The notes beneath the pieces are model-generated. The model saw only the letters and a list, made by a program, of their open reading frames with translations. It did no database searches and was not told the origin of the DNA. A stretch of DNA of 64,000 nucleotides from the human T2T-CHM13v2.0 reference genome, Homo sapiens, in NCBI RefSeq assembly GCF_009914755.1, contig NC_060931.1, one strand, 5' to 3'. The position numbers were made by a program, and so were the translations under genes. Positions 34,340 to 58,597 of this stretch are shown here, one piece after another (within the stretch, counting starts at the first letter, position 1; each line of letters starts with the position of its first letter).

Positions 34340-36333
34340 CTAGCAAACCCGAACAGAACAGGCCCTGTGACCAACCTTCAATGCAAAGGTGGAACTTAAC
34401 TCTCATGAATGTATCCTGAACCCCTCATACTTGACTCTGTCCTCATTTTGAGTCACATGAGGCCCTTACTTAAAACAATACGGATGCTTCCACCAAGAAC
34501 AATTAACAGAACCTGTGGAAAAGACACAAGTAAGATTTTTAAAATTGGCCATGTAATCCTAATTAGAAGACTGGGCTGATAACCACTTAGCTAAGCATTG
34601 TCTCTCAAGCTTTAATGAGCTTATAAATCACTTGATAATTTTGGTCTCACTCTATGTAAAGTGATTCTGCAGGTTTGGAAAGGGTCCATGAATGGGTGTT
34701 TTAAACAAATCCTCTGTCAATGCTGATGTTGCTCTTCCTGGGCTCATTATTAGCATTAGTTGGAGAAAGCAGGCACAGCACAGACTCCCTTAAACTCAGC
34801 ACTCTTGTCACAACACAAATAAAGACAACCAATCTCCATCCTCAAGTATCATATTCTTTGCTGGTCCTTTAAAGTCTACAGAGGAAACAAAAGGGAGCAA
34901 TGTTTGAATGAGTCTGCATTTGGAAAACAACATGTACACATGTACTAGCGTAACGTTTATTAAGCAGGTACTATGTCCTCAAGTGTTACACAGCATTGTG
35001 CTGGGAAAAATACATTATTTGATTTAATCCTCATAACACCCTGGGAGTTGGTATGAGGTGTTCAATAAATCTCAGGATAAAGAGCCCAGGATTTTTATTT
35101 CTTCTGTTTCTCTGTCATTGATTTTTTCTTGAAGATGTATAAAATAAAAGCTAAATATAGACAGATGAGAGGGATACAGAAAAGCTTAATGTAATTTAGA
35201 AAAAATTTTTATTGTGTTTATATTTACTTTTTTGTGGCTTATGGAGCAACTACTAAATCTGCAGTAATAGAAAACAAGTTGCTACATGGAACATTTCAGC
35301 AAGTACTGGTTTTTATAAAAATAAAAAATTAAGGCCCTAAAATAAATATTTTTCCCATTAATCTGCTTCTGAGTTTCAAAGAATTATGGGCACCAGTTCT
35401 AAAAAGGCTGCAGGACTCACCAGCCAAAACTAATTTCTTCTAATCAGTTTGGTGAGGCAAGACTCCACAGTGGGGTCAGACCTAAGTAAGGCCTCCAAAA
35501 AGAGTGAATCTTAGCAGAACTGGGGCAGGGAGTGGACCCTATGTAGAATTCTGCTCTCTATGCCACTGAGGTATTTCCAGTTCTGATTTTTCTAAGCTTA
35601 CCTAAGAGAAACTTACATTACAGAGTTTGTGTTAACTAATTTCTTTTAGCCACTGCCATGTCAATTTTATAATGTATACTAATAAATAATTTAAACAAAT
35701 TCCTTAAGGTTTTCTAGGGTAATTTATTAGGACATAAATATGTATTAATAGGAAAGTAAAAAAGAATACAAACAATAACAACTCTTCTGTTCATAAATAT
35801 CCTTTCAGGTGATGACATCAGAAGTCACAACAATGTAAAGAAAGTGGCCAAAGGCCAAGTTTTTTTCTTTTCCACACATCTATACATTGTACCAACCATA
35901 TAATGCTTCAACCATTTATCCAGTTACTAGTCTAGACTTAAAGTTCCTGCATGGTAGGAACCCTGACTGCTTCAACTATTTTCTAATGGCCACATAAAAT
36001 GGAAGCAATTAGTTTATCTATTTGAGTCTCCAGACCCTTTCCTTTTTTTTCACCCAAGCACCAGGAAACTTAAGAAACTCTCATCTGGGTACCAACCAAG
36101 ACATCTCTTGTATGAGGGGAGGAACAAATGCAGACTGACTCATTTGTCTTACACTGAGACAGAAGCATAATTAACCACTCTTGTCAGCCTGACACAGTTC
36201 TGCTCTGGACAACCTTAAATGTCTCAAAGATGCCTAGGTGATTGTGAGAGGGTTCCCAATGACCCTGGGCTGATGACCCGATGATGTGCCAAGCAGGAGA
36301 GACTCAGAGTGATCCTATATAAAAAATGAAACT

Positions 36334-36689
<356 letters not shown>

Positions 36690-37164
36690 CTAGCTCTTGG
36701 GTAAGAGGAAGGACAAGAATACTCCAGTACCACATTTTACAGGTAGATACAGCTGTGGTCATGGCTTTGGATACTCTGTGGCCTTGCTCTCTCACTCCTA
36801 AGATGCTTGTTTACACTTAGGGATTCTCCCATGAGATTCTATGTATACCTGGTGCCTCTCACATAACTGTAGCAGGTCACTGAACAAGATCTGAAAAGCT
36901 CAAGAAGCCATACTCTCAAAAGGGAACTTTAAGATGTCTATGTTGACATCTCACAATGCAGAACATGCCTCCTGTTGGTTTTCTGTACATTCTCAATCCT
37001 AAGTCTGGCCCTGTATTGTAAATCCCAGGCAGAGGCCAAACCTTATGTGCAGATTCTAGGTGGCATCAACCTAGCTCTGCATTCTTGGGTGTTACAGCAA
37101 ATGAGGTACAACCAAAGGAGAGATCCCCTTATAGAGGATGCTCTAGCACATTCTAAATGATATG

Positions 37165-37935
<771 letters not shown>

Positions 37936-39505
37936 AATCTCAAGATCCCGATTCAGAATCTGGAGCTGCAGATTTAGGTCCTGAATAAATGGAGTAGTAG
38001 CAGGTGTCACCTGCAGATTTATGGACATTTTAGCAACACGAGGAAAGAGAAAGCAGAGATTCTCATTTCTACTCAATGCACACGTTACTCTAAGTTTGTG
38101 AGCCTCATGGTCTCTGAATCAGTTTCAGGTCTGAAAATACAAGAATCATTGCAAGAGGTAAAATGGTTGATTGCTGCCCTGTGAAATTTGGTCTAACCTC
38201 TTTAAAAGTGACTATAGAGGACTACAGATTATCAAACAAGCAGAGAAACAATTCTGCCTGCGTATTTAGGGGAGAGTATGCATTCTGCAGCACAATTGTG
38301 AGCTGACTGGAAGCCTAAGAGGGAAAGGCCCCTCTAGAGTAAAGCTTGGTTGGCGCCTTATATGTTTATGTCATGTCTGGTAATTCTAGACAGTTCTTGG
38401 GAAATATAATTAAAAGACAAATTTTCTCCAGCCCTAGAGCAACTCCACAATGACTGAACAGAAATAAAACTGTTATATTACACAATTAAACCAGAATTTG
38501 ACATGCATCAAGGTCAATCTGCTTAACAGATTGCAAAGACAGAAAGATGGTCACCATAATTAGCCCATGAGTAGAAAAACTTACAGCACCATGTCATGCA
38601 TAGTTCACTCTAAATTCACCTGGTAATTGGGGAGGCCATCCGTGTATGTTAATTTGTTATATATAATTACAAAATAAACTTTTAAGATCTTCATGACAGA
38701 GGGTAGTTGTGCAATATAAAACCAGGTGCCTGCTAAAGGTAGGCTCTCAGTCTCCTACAGAAACATTTGAATAGTGTGCTATCATTTTGGCTATTTACAT
38801 TTTGAAGCAATGGCTCTCTACTCCCCAAGCGTTGGACTACAGCACTTCTGCTTGCCCTCTCCTGGTGGCTGGAGTTTTCTCTTGACTCCTACCTCCTGCC
38901 ACTGAGGTACAGCCCACAATACAGGGTGAACAGCCAGGAGGTCACATCTCACATGAACCCCAATTGCCACAGCAGCACTCCAGCGCCACATCAGAGAGTG
39001 AAGCCTGAGCTGCAGGAGGAGAGCCTGCAGGCCTCCTGGGTAGGAATGCACCTTCACAATAATGAGAACGGGAACAGTTTTAGGCTCAGTTTCTATTTAT
39101 ATTGGTGACATGGAAAACATTCTGCTGGATTTCCAGCATGAGTCTGTAAAGAGATAGCTCCAAGAGTTCCATTGTGACAGCCCACCTCATTCACAGACAC
39201 TGTGAAATGCTAAAATGGCTTCTGAAACAGACACTCAAAGCATTGGAGAGAAAAACAGCTCTCAGTCTCAGAAAGATTATACTGAGAGAAAAAATAAGTT
39301 AAATGTATCTTGAGAAAAAACTCAGATTACATGTAAGATTGATGAAGTCAGCCAGAAAATATTTCCCTATAAAATATTTCTCTCTAAATACCCAAATTAC
39401 ACAGCTACTCTCAGCATGAGAAACATGAGCATTACGAAAAAGGGAGCATATTCTCAGCAGAATTTTATAAGATTCCTCCATCTCTGCTGCTCTCTCATCT
39501 TTTAG

Positions 39506-39907
<402 letters not shown>

Positions 39908-40337
39908 TGAGCTTGCAACACAGCTAAGAGGAGAGCTATTATAGTTTTCTGGTGGTCACATCATTTGTGTTTATTTGTCCTTTAATAGCAGCATTCTAAC
40001 TTACTGAAATGAAAGACACTAAACTTATGCTTACTTATAGTTATCCCTACCAGATAAGGTAATAAGTATGTAAGACTAGTATCTACTGTAACAATTTGGT
40101 AATAAGTTTTATTTGGATATTAGAGATAAGTATCTAAATATAAATAATTTTAATGTACTCGTCATAATGTATGTAGGATTTGTGAAAATTTTCTTTAACC
40201 ATAATTCAGTTAAAACACTTTATATTTAAAAAGTAGAAATAACAATATTAAAATGACTAACGGTTTCATTCAAAGTAAATGTTGTGGCCTTATATTTATA
40301 TTATTGTAGAAAATACTCTTTAATTTATATGAATGTT

Positions 40338-40637
40338 GACCAGGCACGGTGGCTCACGCCAGTAATCCCAGCACTTTGGGAGGTCAAGATGGGCAGATCA
40401 CCTGAGGTCAGGAGTTCAAGACCAGCCTGGCCAACATGGCAAAATCCTGTCTCTACTAAAAATACAAAAACTAGCCAGGCGTGGTAGCACATGCCTGTAG
40501 TCCCAGCTACTCAGGAGGATGAGGCAGGAGAATTGCTTGAACCTGGGAAATGGAGTTGCAGTGAGCTGAGACTGCGCCACTGCACTCCAGCCTGGGGGAC
40601 AAAGTAACACTCTATCTCAAAAAAAAAAAAAAAAAAA
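40338..40637 (+). mobile_element. Alu (S-type)
   Basis: Alu dimer. Confidence 0.93.
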
Positions 40638-41097
40638 GTATATGATTGTAGGTTGTCTACAAATGCTTCCTGTGACAATGCTAATTGTTCTGAAGTAATA
40701 AATAGAAACCAAGGTTCAACTCCAACTCCACTGTTATATACTGAATCGTTTATTTAGCTACACCTAGATTAATATGATTTATATGATTTACATATATTTC
40801 AATAAAGCAGAGAAAAAAAGTACACATAATCCAAATGCTTTAAGAAAAGAGAGATGAGGATAATAGCCTTAATAGCCTTCCTTATTTTCAGGTAGGAGAA
40901 TAGAGCCTCTTATTTTTATTTTCTCCTATAACAGCCAAGTCTTTAGACATGCTCTTGAAGTCTTGGACATCTGAATTTCAGTAGACACTGGATTCAGGCA
41001 TCCAAGGAGTGGCCTTGGGCACACTGTGTGCACTTGAAAGAATGTTTACAGAGAGAAAAAGCAGAATACAGAAAGGTGTTATAAAAAAAAATCTGTG

Positions 41098-42494
41098 CCC
41101 TCTCCCTCTCCTGTCTCCCTCTGATGCCAAGCCGAGGCTGGACTGTACTGCCGCCATCTCGGCTCACTGCAACCTCCCTGCCTGATTCTCCTGCCTCAGC
41201 CTGCCAAGTGCCTGGGATTGCAGGCGCGCGCCGCCACGCCAGACTGGTTTTCGCATTTTTTGGTGGAGACGGGGTTTCGCTGTGTTGGCCGGGCTGGTCT
41301 CCAGCTCCTGACCTCAAGTGATCTGCCCGCCACGGCCTCCCGAGGTGCCGGGATTGCAGACGGAGTCTCGCTCACTCAGTGCTCAATGTTGCCCAGGCTG
41401 GAGTGCAGTGGCGTGATCTCGGCTCGCTACAACCTCCACCTCCCAGCCGCCTGCCTTGGCCTCCCAAAGTGCCGAGATTGCAGCCTCTGCCCGGCCGCCA
41501 CCCCGTCTAGGAAGTGAGGAGCGTCTCTGCCTGGCCGCCCATCCTCTGGGATGTGAGGAGCCCCTCTGCCCGGCTGCCCAGTCTGGGAAGTGAGGAGTGC
41601 CTCTTCCCGGCCGTCATCCCGTCTAGGAAGTGAGGAGCGTCTCTGCCCGGCCGCCCATCGTTTGGGATGTGGGGAGCGCCTCTGCCCCGCCGCCCCGTCT
41701 GAGATGTGAAGAGCGCCTCTGCCCGGCCGCGACCCCGTCTGGGAACTGAGGAGTGTCTCTGCCCTGCCGCCACCCCGTCTGGGAGGTGAGGAGCGTCTCT
41801 GACAGGCCGCCCCGTCTGGGAAGTGAGGAGCTCCTCCGCCTGGCAGCCGCCCCGTCCGGGAGGTAGGGGGCAGCCCCAGCCCGGCCAGCTGCCCCGTCCA
41901 GGAGGTGGGGGGCAGCCCCCACCTGGCCGCTGCCCCGTCTGGGAGGTGGGGGGGCGCCTCTGACCGGCTGCCCCATCTGGGAGGTGTACCCAACAGCTCA
42001 TTGAGAACGGGCCATGATGACGATGGCGGTTTTTGTCGAATAGAAAAGGGGGAAATGTGGGGAAAAGAAAGAGAGATCGGATTGTTTCTGTGTGTGGAAA
42101 GAGGTGGACATGGGAGACTCCATTTTGTTCTGTACTGGCAAAGATTCTTCTGCCTTGGGATGCTGTTAATCTATAACCTTGCCCCCAACCCCGTGCTCTC
42201 TGAAACATGTGCTGTGTCCACTAAGGGTTAAATGGATTAAGGGCGGTGCAAGATGTGCTTTGTTAAACAGATGCTTGAAGGCGGCATACTCGTTAAGAGT
42301 CATCACCACTCCCTAATCTCAAGTACCCAGGGACACAAACACTGCGGAAGGCGGCGGGGCCCTCTGCCTAGGAAAACCAGAGACCTTTGTTCACATGTTT
42401 ATCTGCTGACCTTCCCTCCACTATTGTCCTATGACCCTGCCAAATCCCCCTCTCCGAGAAACACCCAAGAATGATCAATAAATACTAAAAAAAT
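41098..42494 (+). mobile_element. SVA retrotransposon (older, SVA_B/C-like), antisense in ZNF680 intron 1
   Basis: Short CCCTCT head, Alu-like domain, GC-rich VNTR at about 41480-41990, SINE-R, AATAAA and A-tail; TSD taaaaaaaaatctgtg at 41082-41097 and 42495-42511. Confidence 0.97.
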
Positions 42495-42511
42495 TAAAAA
42501 AAAAATCTGTG

Positions 42512-45520
<3,009 letters not shown>

Positions 45521-46274
45521 AAAATCCACAGGTGGAGGATAGTGCAATGTAGGTGGAAGGACTTGTTTGCCCTACAGATAGTGGCCCAGGTGGGGCTGTA
45601 CTTGTTTATTTCTGTGTCCGGGCAGGCAGATGAGATTATGAACAGGTGGTACAGAACCGTTGGTTGGTGGAGGAAAAAGGTTGCTGCTGCAGATTCAGTG
45701 TCTGGGGGTGGGGATATGCAGGAGACTATAAACACTTTTGTGGATTTTTGGCAAAAAAAAACACTAGGATCAAAAATGCTGTGGTGAAATTCCTGATGGT
45801 GGTGCCTAGTCCTGGGAGGAGTGTGGACACATCAATTTATGGGTATGTTTGTGAGTGGGTGGGAATCCTGGGGTGGCAGCTGTGGGAAAAGGGGGTCTGT
45901 TATCAGAGCTAATTTCCTGTAAGTTTTCAGTCCTCTCTCACCCTGGGAGGAGATTATTAAAGACCCAGCTCTTTCTAGGGAGCCTCCCCTGCAGATGTCT
46001 CAGGCTGCTCACCCCAGCCATGGAAGAAGCCTTTATACTGAGAAAAGCTACAGGGCCCTGGAAATCTGGGGACCCACAGGCAGATGTAGTTAAGGTTAAG
46101 ACGGAAGGGGATTGGGAGGGTCTTACTGAAGATGAAGTTGTTACTGTTTTGAGGCAGTTTCTAGACTTTGTAAAATAAAACACAGATTTATGTAATAAAA
46201 ATTTGAATTCCAAAGGAGGAAGCACCAACTATAAATCTTTAAAGATTGCAAAGTTTAGGCAGAAAAGGGGTTGC

Positions 46275-46749
46275 TTTTTTTTTTTTTCAATCAATTTTGA
46301 GATTTATTTTGTTAATGTTGAGGACACACCGGGGAGAAAGAAACACAAGTCGCAATAGGATCTGTGTCCTGTGTTTTTTCCAAAGAATGTTTTGGGAACT
46401 TCAGTATTTAAAGAGGAAAGAGCAAGTGGGAGGGGAAGAAAAAAGGCCGGGTGGGGGAAACAAGAGGGAGTGTAGGTGATGAGGCTATTGGCTACATTCC
46501 CATGAGGCTCTGATTAGCACTCAGTGAATCTATATTTTACATGTAGAAAGAAAGGGGTCGGAGAAGTCAATCATGCATTCCCCCTTCTCTCTCTCCCTCA
46601 GTAACTCTACATTTTATACAAGATAAAGTAAGCATGTGAAATTACAGCTGTTTGGGAATAAAAGGAAGCCAATCTTTGCATGACCCAGTTCCCAGCTTTA
46701 CTTTTAGCATAGTGAGTTCAGGGTCCCAAGAGTTTATTTTCCTTCCACA
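46275..46749 (-). mobile_element. ERV1 MER4-group LTR (LTR43/MER4-like)
   Basis: Reverse strand starts TGTGGAAGGAAAATAAACTCTTGGGACCC. Confidence 0.7.
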
Positions 46750-46964
46750 TATATCTGCAATTTTTGATATTACCGAAGTCAAGGGCAAAGTTTTCATTAG
46801 GAAGTTGGCAACTTCTAGGAAAGGCTTTATTCATTTGGGGGGCTGTAAGGTACATGGATATGCTTTGGTCAGAAACAGGCCGAGGCAGACAGCCGGGCCA
46901 GAGTGACTCAGCAAGTCTGGAGCACAGGCGTATAAATCCACTTTTTGTTTTATTTGTTTGTTTA

Positions 46965-47342
<378 letters not shown>

Positions 47343-47599
47343 TAATAAATGTATTATTTTATTATTTCCATTAAAAATTATGTAGTAAACAATTATTCAT
47401 TTGGAAACACTTCTAGGAGGTACCAAGTTTCATCTCATAAAATTTAGCATAAAACTCAGAAATCAAGATAACAGGGTATAGACTAGAAATATTCACTGTC
47501 ACAAATTTACCATGCAAAAAGAGGTACTAATGTTTTCAAGAATCTATGTAACTTCACCAATTACCTACCACATTTTCTGGTGGAAATGTATTCATTTTC

Positions 47600-47905
<306 letters not shown>

Positions 47906-47980
47906 GAAATGTATTCATTTTCTAAAGCCAAAATGGAGAAGAGATTTTCTCTATTTTTTCCCTAGATAGCTAGCATTCTA

Positions 47981-48316
<336 letters not shown>

Positions 48317-49145
48317 TTACCCAGCCGTAAAAAAACTACCTGTGACAATTACTAAACTCAGTCTGGAAAACAAAATAGTAAATGAGAATTTTTAACAGAT
48401 GGAATATATGTAGATATTAATTTTTTTCTGAAACTCACCTCTTTTACACCATTCGTAAATATTTTACCTTTTAATTTCCTTTACAAATTTTTCACTATTT
48501 GTCTTTCACTCTTTTTTCATCATTTTTTTTCACTATTTTTCTGCCCCCTTAGAGAATCCAGAAATTATTTCTATGTTTTTCCCTCAATACCAGCATCTGA
48601 TTGACCAGCAATGTGTCCCAAAGAAACGGAAGCTGAGTTGGGTGAAGACAATCTTAATGTCTCAAGGTGTCAGCCTTTCCAAGGAAGAGTGCGCCAGGAG
48701 ATTTCTCTCAGCTCCAGGGCATCCACCTGCTCCCTCGAGAGGCTACACTTTGTACCTCAGGCAGTCCTGTGGGAGAAAATGACCCAGGAGCTGATATTCA
48801 TTAGGCACTCTAGCAGACATAGTCATGGTGGGTATCATGGTTTATTCCCAGACAGTACTGAAACCCAGGACCAGGAAAAATCTGAAGGGTAGCCGAGGAC
48901 ACATCACCCCATAAAGTTTCCAAAGGGAAACTGTGACCCCCCAAAATTCTGATAAGATCTCTGTGCCTATGGAAGATAAAAGGAAAAGAGGCGCAGAGAT
49001 TTTTTACAATAGTGTCCAGGGATTACTCTTTGCTTTCTTCTTACAGAAAATTTTTACAAACGGAAAACAAATCTTTTAAAAAGTACCATCCAATGATTTC
49101 TCAAAAAATGATTAATTAAAATACAGTATCAAAAATGTACACTAG

Positions 49146-49798
<653 letters not shown>

Positions 49799-50129
49799 TT
49801 ACATTGGAGGAAATAAAATTCTTGCTTAACCAACTATAAACTGCCAAGTACCCTCCGATTACATAACCAGAAAATTTCCACTTTGATCTTACAAATTAAG
49901 AAGTTATGTAACTGTACCTAACCGATTATTGAATTTCGTTTTATTCATCATACACCACTTAAAAGTCTTTCCTTCAAGCCCCTCCCATGGACCACAAATT
50001 ACAAATCATAGCTGGGTGCTCTACGATTTTTGAACCACTCTTCTATTACATTTTTAAATATATTTGCAGTGACTTCCATGAATTTTTAATAGAAAAAAGG
50101 AGGGACTGGGACCCCATGGACCAAAGCGC

Positions 50130-50710
50130 TTCCCATTTATGAACCCTGCACCCCGAGTTATCGGCAGAGATGCGGCACTGCGGGTGCAGAGCTGCCCAGC
50201 GAGGGCTCCAGGCCAAGGCACAGTCACTGCGCAGGGAGGAGACATGACGCCCGGGGTCCGGCTGTCAGCCCAGCCGCCATCTTATGGCTGAAGGGGACTG
50301 AGGACCGAGCTGCGCCAAGGACAACTCGGGCCGCGGATTTTGGAGCCCAGTGCTTGGAGCCTGGAGTCCTGCCACAGCCACTTCCGACCGGTTCCAACCA
50401 GCCCCTCCCCCTCTCTCGGGGTGTCGGACCGCACTCTCACCATTTCTAGGCTTCCAGGTGGTCCTGGCATCTTAGCTGTGCATCTCCCAATACCTGCAGA
50501 TAACGGAGCCACAGAGGCTGGGCCTCTAGGAGCAGAATACACAGAGCAGTAAAGACTAGACCTGGAGCTCCCGCGGCAGCTAGAGACAAAGGCCCCGCCA
50601 AATCCCGGAAGCCGTCCTGTCCGCTCCAGCTGCGTGCCTGATTGGACGGGTCCCAGCCCCGCGTCCCTGATTGGATAATGTTTAGGGCGCCACCCCCTAA
50701 TGCCCTGAGT
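50130..50710 (-). promoter_or_regulatory. ZNF680: ZNF680 CpG-island promoter and 5' end of intron 1
   Basis: CpG-rich; two CCAAT boxes (50641-50645, 50670-50674), ETS-like ccggaag at about 50605, GC box at about 50591, YY1 motif gccgccatctt at 50273-50283. Confidence 0.88.
50441..50470 (-). CDS. ZNF680: ZNF680 exon 1 coding part (MPGPPGSLEM)
   Basis: AAG ATG CCA GGA CCA CCT GGA AGC CTA GAA ATG|GTGAG. The four exons sum to 1593 nt = 530 aa plus stop. Confidence 0.93.
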
Positions 50711-50991
50711 GACAGAATGTGTGCTCAGCGGCTGGGCTGAACGTAGAAAGAGTGAAATCCAAGCTGCAGGGTTCTCAGGGAAGGGCTTCCTCCCTGAACG
50801 GACCAGGCTCACACCAGAGAGTATTTGCATATAACCCTGCGTATAAGGTCGTATGCCTTTATAAATAATATATTATGTGGCTATTCACACATGAAAATAA
50901 TGCAACAACAATTATTTAAAATTTTCCAATTTTATGAGCTCCTGGCTTCTTGTCCTTTGAGCGGGTAGCCTGACATTTTTTTTTAAAAAGG

Positions 50992-55349
<4,358 letters not shown>

Positions 55350-55359
55350 GTGAACATAA

Positions 55360-58107
55360 TTTTTTTTTTTTTTTTTTTGGAAAAAGGCATTTATTGGTGT
55401 GGTGGTCTCAACAATCCCCATGAATTGGAACACACAGCCCCCAGGGCCTCCCACCCCCTCCCTAGAATCCCTCCCCAGTCCCACCCCATCCCCTGGACCC
55501 TGGGAATGGAAGACAACGTGGGATGGGGCCCATGCCCCCGTCTGAGGTACAGTCACTGAGCCTTGCCCTCTCCTCTTCTCCACCAGACTCTGAGTGGTGT
55601 GGTTTGGGGTGGGTGTTTATATAGAGGGTCTCGTGGGAGTCGGAGTTGGTGACATGGCATCTTTATCTGGGCTCAGGATGTCTGTGTGATGCCTCTCTGT
55701 CCCCCACTTTGTGTGGTGTGGTGTACCAGGGTGGAGTATTCCTACAATCAGAGCTGAGGCTGCAGCCTCTCAGCGTCCCTTCCTGACAACAGATGCCTAC
55801 CCAGGGGGAAATACAGCTAGTCACCAGCTACAGGACAGCTGGAGCCAGGGGGCTATTGCTGGTCACAGTCGCTGGTGTGTGTGTGTGTGGTGTGTCTGAG
55901 TGTGTGTGAGGGCGGTCAGGTAGCCTTTGGGAAGTACAGTTGGTGGAGAGGCCAGGAAGTGATAGACCAGCAAGCCCACACCTGTGGGCCAGCTGCAAAG
56001 GCCCCAAGGGCAGCTGGCTGGTGCCGCAGGTGGGGAAATCAAGGCCAAGGGGAGTGGTGGCAGGGGTAAGGCAAAGCACTGAAACAGACAGGTGACTCCT
56101 GCCACCAGTCTGACAGTTGGATGGAAGCACCGATTGGCCCAGGAGGGGGCCAGAAAATCCAGGGTGGGTAGGGACAGGAAAAGTGGGAAGGTCTCAGGCC
56201 ACTGAGCCAGCGATGGAGCCTCTGGCTACAGGAAGCTGGTGGTTGACAGCAGGGAAGCCCAGAACCCAGATGGAGGTCCCCCACTTACTCGCAAAGGCTG
56301 AATGACAGCTTGACAGGTGAGTGCGATGCCCCTCCCCACTCCCAACCTGCCAGGAGTTGTCCTTTCGACAGGGGGAGGGGTCAGTGTGCCTGCATATATT
56401 GGGGAAGCAGGGAGCCTGGTAAGCCTCTCTTCACAGCTTCCACTGCAGAGCCTCATACCTACCTCCAGCCAGAGGTGAGAGGCAGTAGGGTTGGGGACAG
56501 TGGACATGGGGGTTTCGGGGGTGGGAGGACGGTTGAGTCCCTTCCCCCAGCCCACCCACACACACACACACACACAGAGACACAGACACCTACACACGCA
56601 TGCAGGCTTACACTCACACACCCACACCCACACAAGCCTGTTGACAGCCTGAGCTAAGAGAGAGGGGTATGGGGTGGCGGGAGTGGGTCACAATCGGAAA
56701 CGTGAACGGGTAGCGAGAATGGCTGTAGAAAGATACATAATTTTGCGTTACCCCTCACAGTGATGGGTTCTCTAAAGATCTTTCTTCCTCTGCCTCCTCC
56801 TCTTTCTCCTCTTCTCTTCTTCCTTGGTGGCCGAGAGCCCTTCTGCCCCCACGAGACCCAGGGCTCTTGCTCCCCCTTTTCTCTCACTCTTGGCCTGAGG
56901 CCCCCTGCAGGGGGAGGCGAGCTCCACTGGGTTGCGCCTACATTCTCCACCACAGCCAGCCCAGGGCGGAGAGGAGGGCCAGGGGCCCTGGGGGCCTCGG
57001 GGCTGAGTTCTCCAGGGATCCTGGGCACAGGAGCCGCATGGAGGCGCTGGACGCTCCCAGCCGGTTGGCGGCGCAACACGTATAGTTGCCGTAATGCCGG
57101 GCGCTCATGTTGGCAAAGAGAAGCATCGAGCGAGTGCGCTCCATCTGCACCTTCAGGCCCTCGGCCGTGCCGCTGCTCAGTAGTCTGTCATCCTTATACC
57201 ACTGGAAATCCGCGGGGGAAACCGCCATGGCTTCGCAGCGCAGTAGGTGGCCCGGCCCAGCGCGGTGCGGGCGCTGGTCACGTCCGTGATGGTCGGAGGA
57301 TAGTTGACTGTGACCAGCACGCGGCGGCTGTCGGGCGCCGAGTTAACCCCGTTGTGAGTCACGCACTCATACTCCCCGGCCTGGCCCCGCAGGATGTCAG
57401 AGATCTCCAGGATCTCTCCCTCCGAGGTGAAGCCGTCTCGGAGCTGTCTCCAGGTGACCGTGGGCTCTGGCCGCCCCACGGCCAGGCAAAGCAGGTTCAC
57501 ATTACCTCCCTCATTCACCATCACAGGCGACGAGATGTTCACAACGCGGGCAGGGACGTGGACAATGAGGTAGACCTGAGTGGTGTACGGCTGGTGGCGG
57601 GTCTGGAAGGAGCAGGTGTAGAGGCCCTCGTCGCCGAGCCCCACCTCGGTGACGAGGATGGAGAACTCCTCGGGGGTGTTGATGAGCAGCCGCACCCGCG
57701 GGTCCCTGGTCCTGCGGTCGTTGCCGGCGTACAGGATGTTGGAGCGGTTCAGCCAGGCCACGCGGGTCACATGCTCGTCCATGAAGCAGCTGAGGGTGGC
57801 GTTGTCACCTTCACACACTGTGTAGTTGTCGGCAGGAGAGTTGAACTCCAGCCTCTGGGAGAGCAGCCCCCGGCTGATGACGGCCAAGCCGGCCAGGGCG
57901 GCGGCGGCGAGAAGCCGGAGCCGGGCCCCGGGCGCAGCGGGGGGCATCGCGGCAGAGGCGGCACGGAGGGGGAGGGGAAAGGGGGGGCCGGTCCGGGGCG
58001 CGCGAGGCCTGGGGGGAGAGGGGCAAGGGGGAGGGGGAAGGGGGAGGGGGACCCCGCCTGCGGCTGCACCGGCCCGGGGTCGGGGGAGGGGGCTGGGGGG
58101 CGCGATC
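55360..58107 (-). pseudogene. Processed pseudogene (retrocopy) of IGLON5 (IgLON family member 5)
   Basis: Intronless ORF 57177..57947 MPPAAPGARLRLLAAAALAGLAVISRGLLSQ...(Ig1, Ig2). After a frameshift at about 57246, frame 56938..57228 gives Ig3 and a GPI-type tail ..LGWLWWRM. Long 3'UTR, AATAAA at 55390-55395, poly(A) at 55360-55378, TSD cataattttt (58108-58117). Confidence 0.96.
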
Positions 58108-58597
58108 CATAATTTTTAAAATCAAACAAAAGTGGCTTTAGTGTGTTTAAATTGTTGTGCATTGAATGAAGTATATCCTGTCACCATCTGTAACCTATCC
58201 CACCTTAATCAAGGCTGCAGGTAACAAATGGTAATAATACATTATTGGGTAACATAGTAAAATGACATCTCTAGTAATCCCTTTTCCCAGTGCCTTTAAA
58301 CTTCAAATAATTTGAAGAATGTTGTTCTCATAGATAACAACTTTATTTTTTCTATTATTTTTGTAGCTACAGGGCTATAATCTTAGTTATTATAAACACT
58401 TATTCAGAAGGATTTAATCATTCTTGGATCTTTCAAAGTTGAAAATACTTTAGTATATTTATGCTGATTGGAACCATTTACAATTAACATGTAATAAAGC
58501 ATAAAGTCATTATCCAATTTTTCTAATTAATTAGCTTGTAGCAGATGACCATAAGAAATATTTATTTAATTCTGTTATGGCAATTGCTAATTGCCAT

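Noticed and set aside
41124-42474. Long ORFs and a repeat array resembling CRISPR
   Set aside because: SVA Alu-like, VNTR and SINE-R domains; tandem units without unique spacers.
50282-50830. 182-aa minus ORF over the promoter
   Set aside because: GC-rich chance ORF; only MPGPPGSLEM is exonic coding sequence.
56760-58112. 450-aa plus-strand ORF
   Set aside because: Antisense shadow of the GC-rich IGLON5 coding sequence; low complexity and no recognisable domain.
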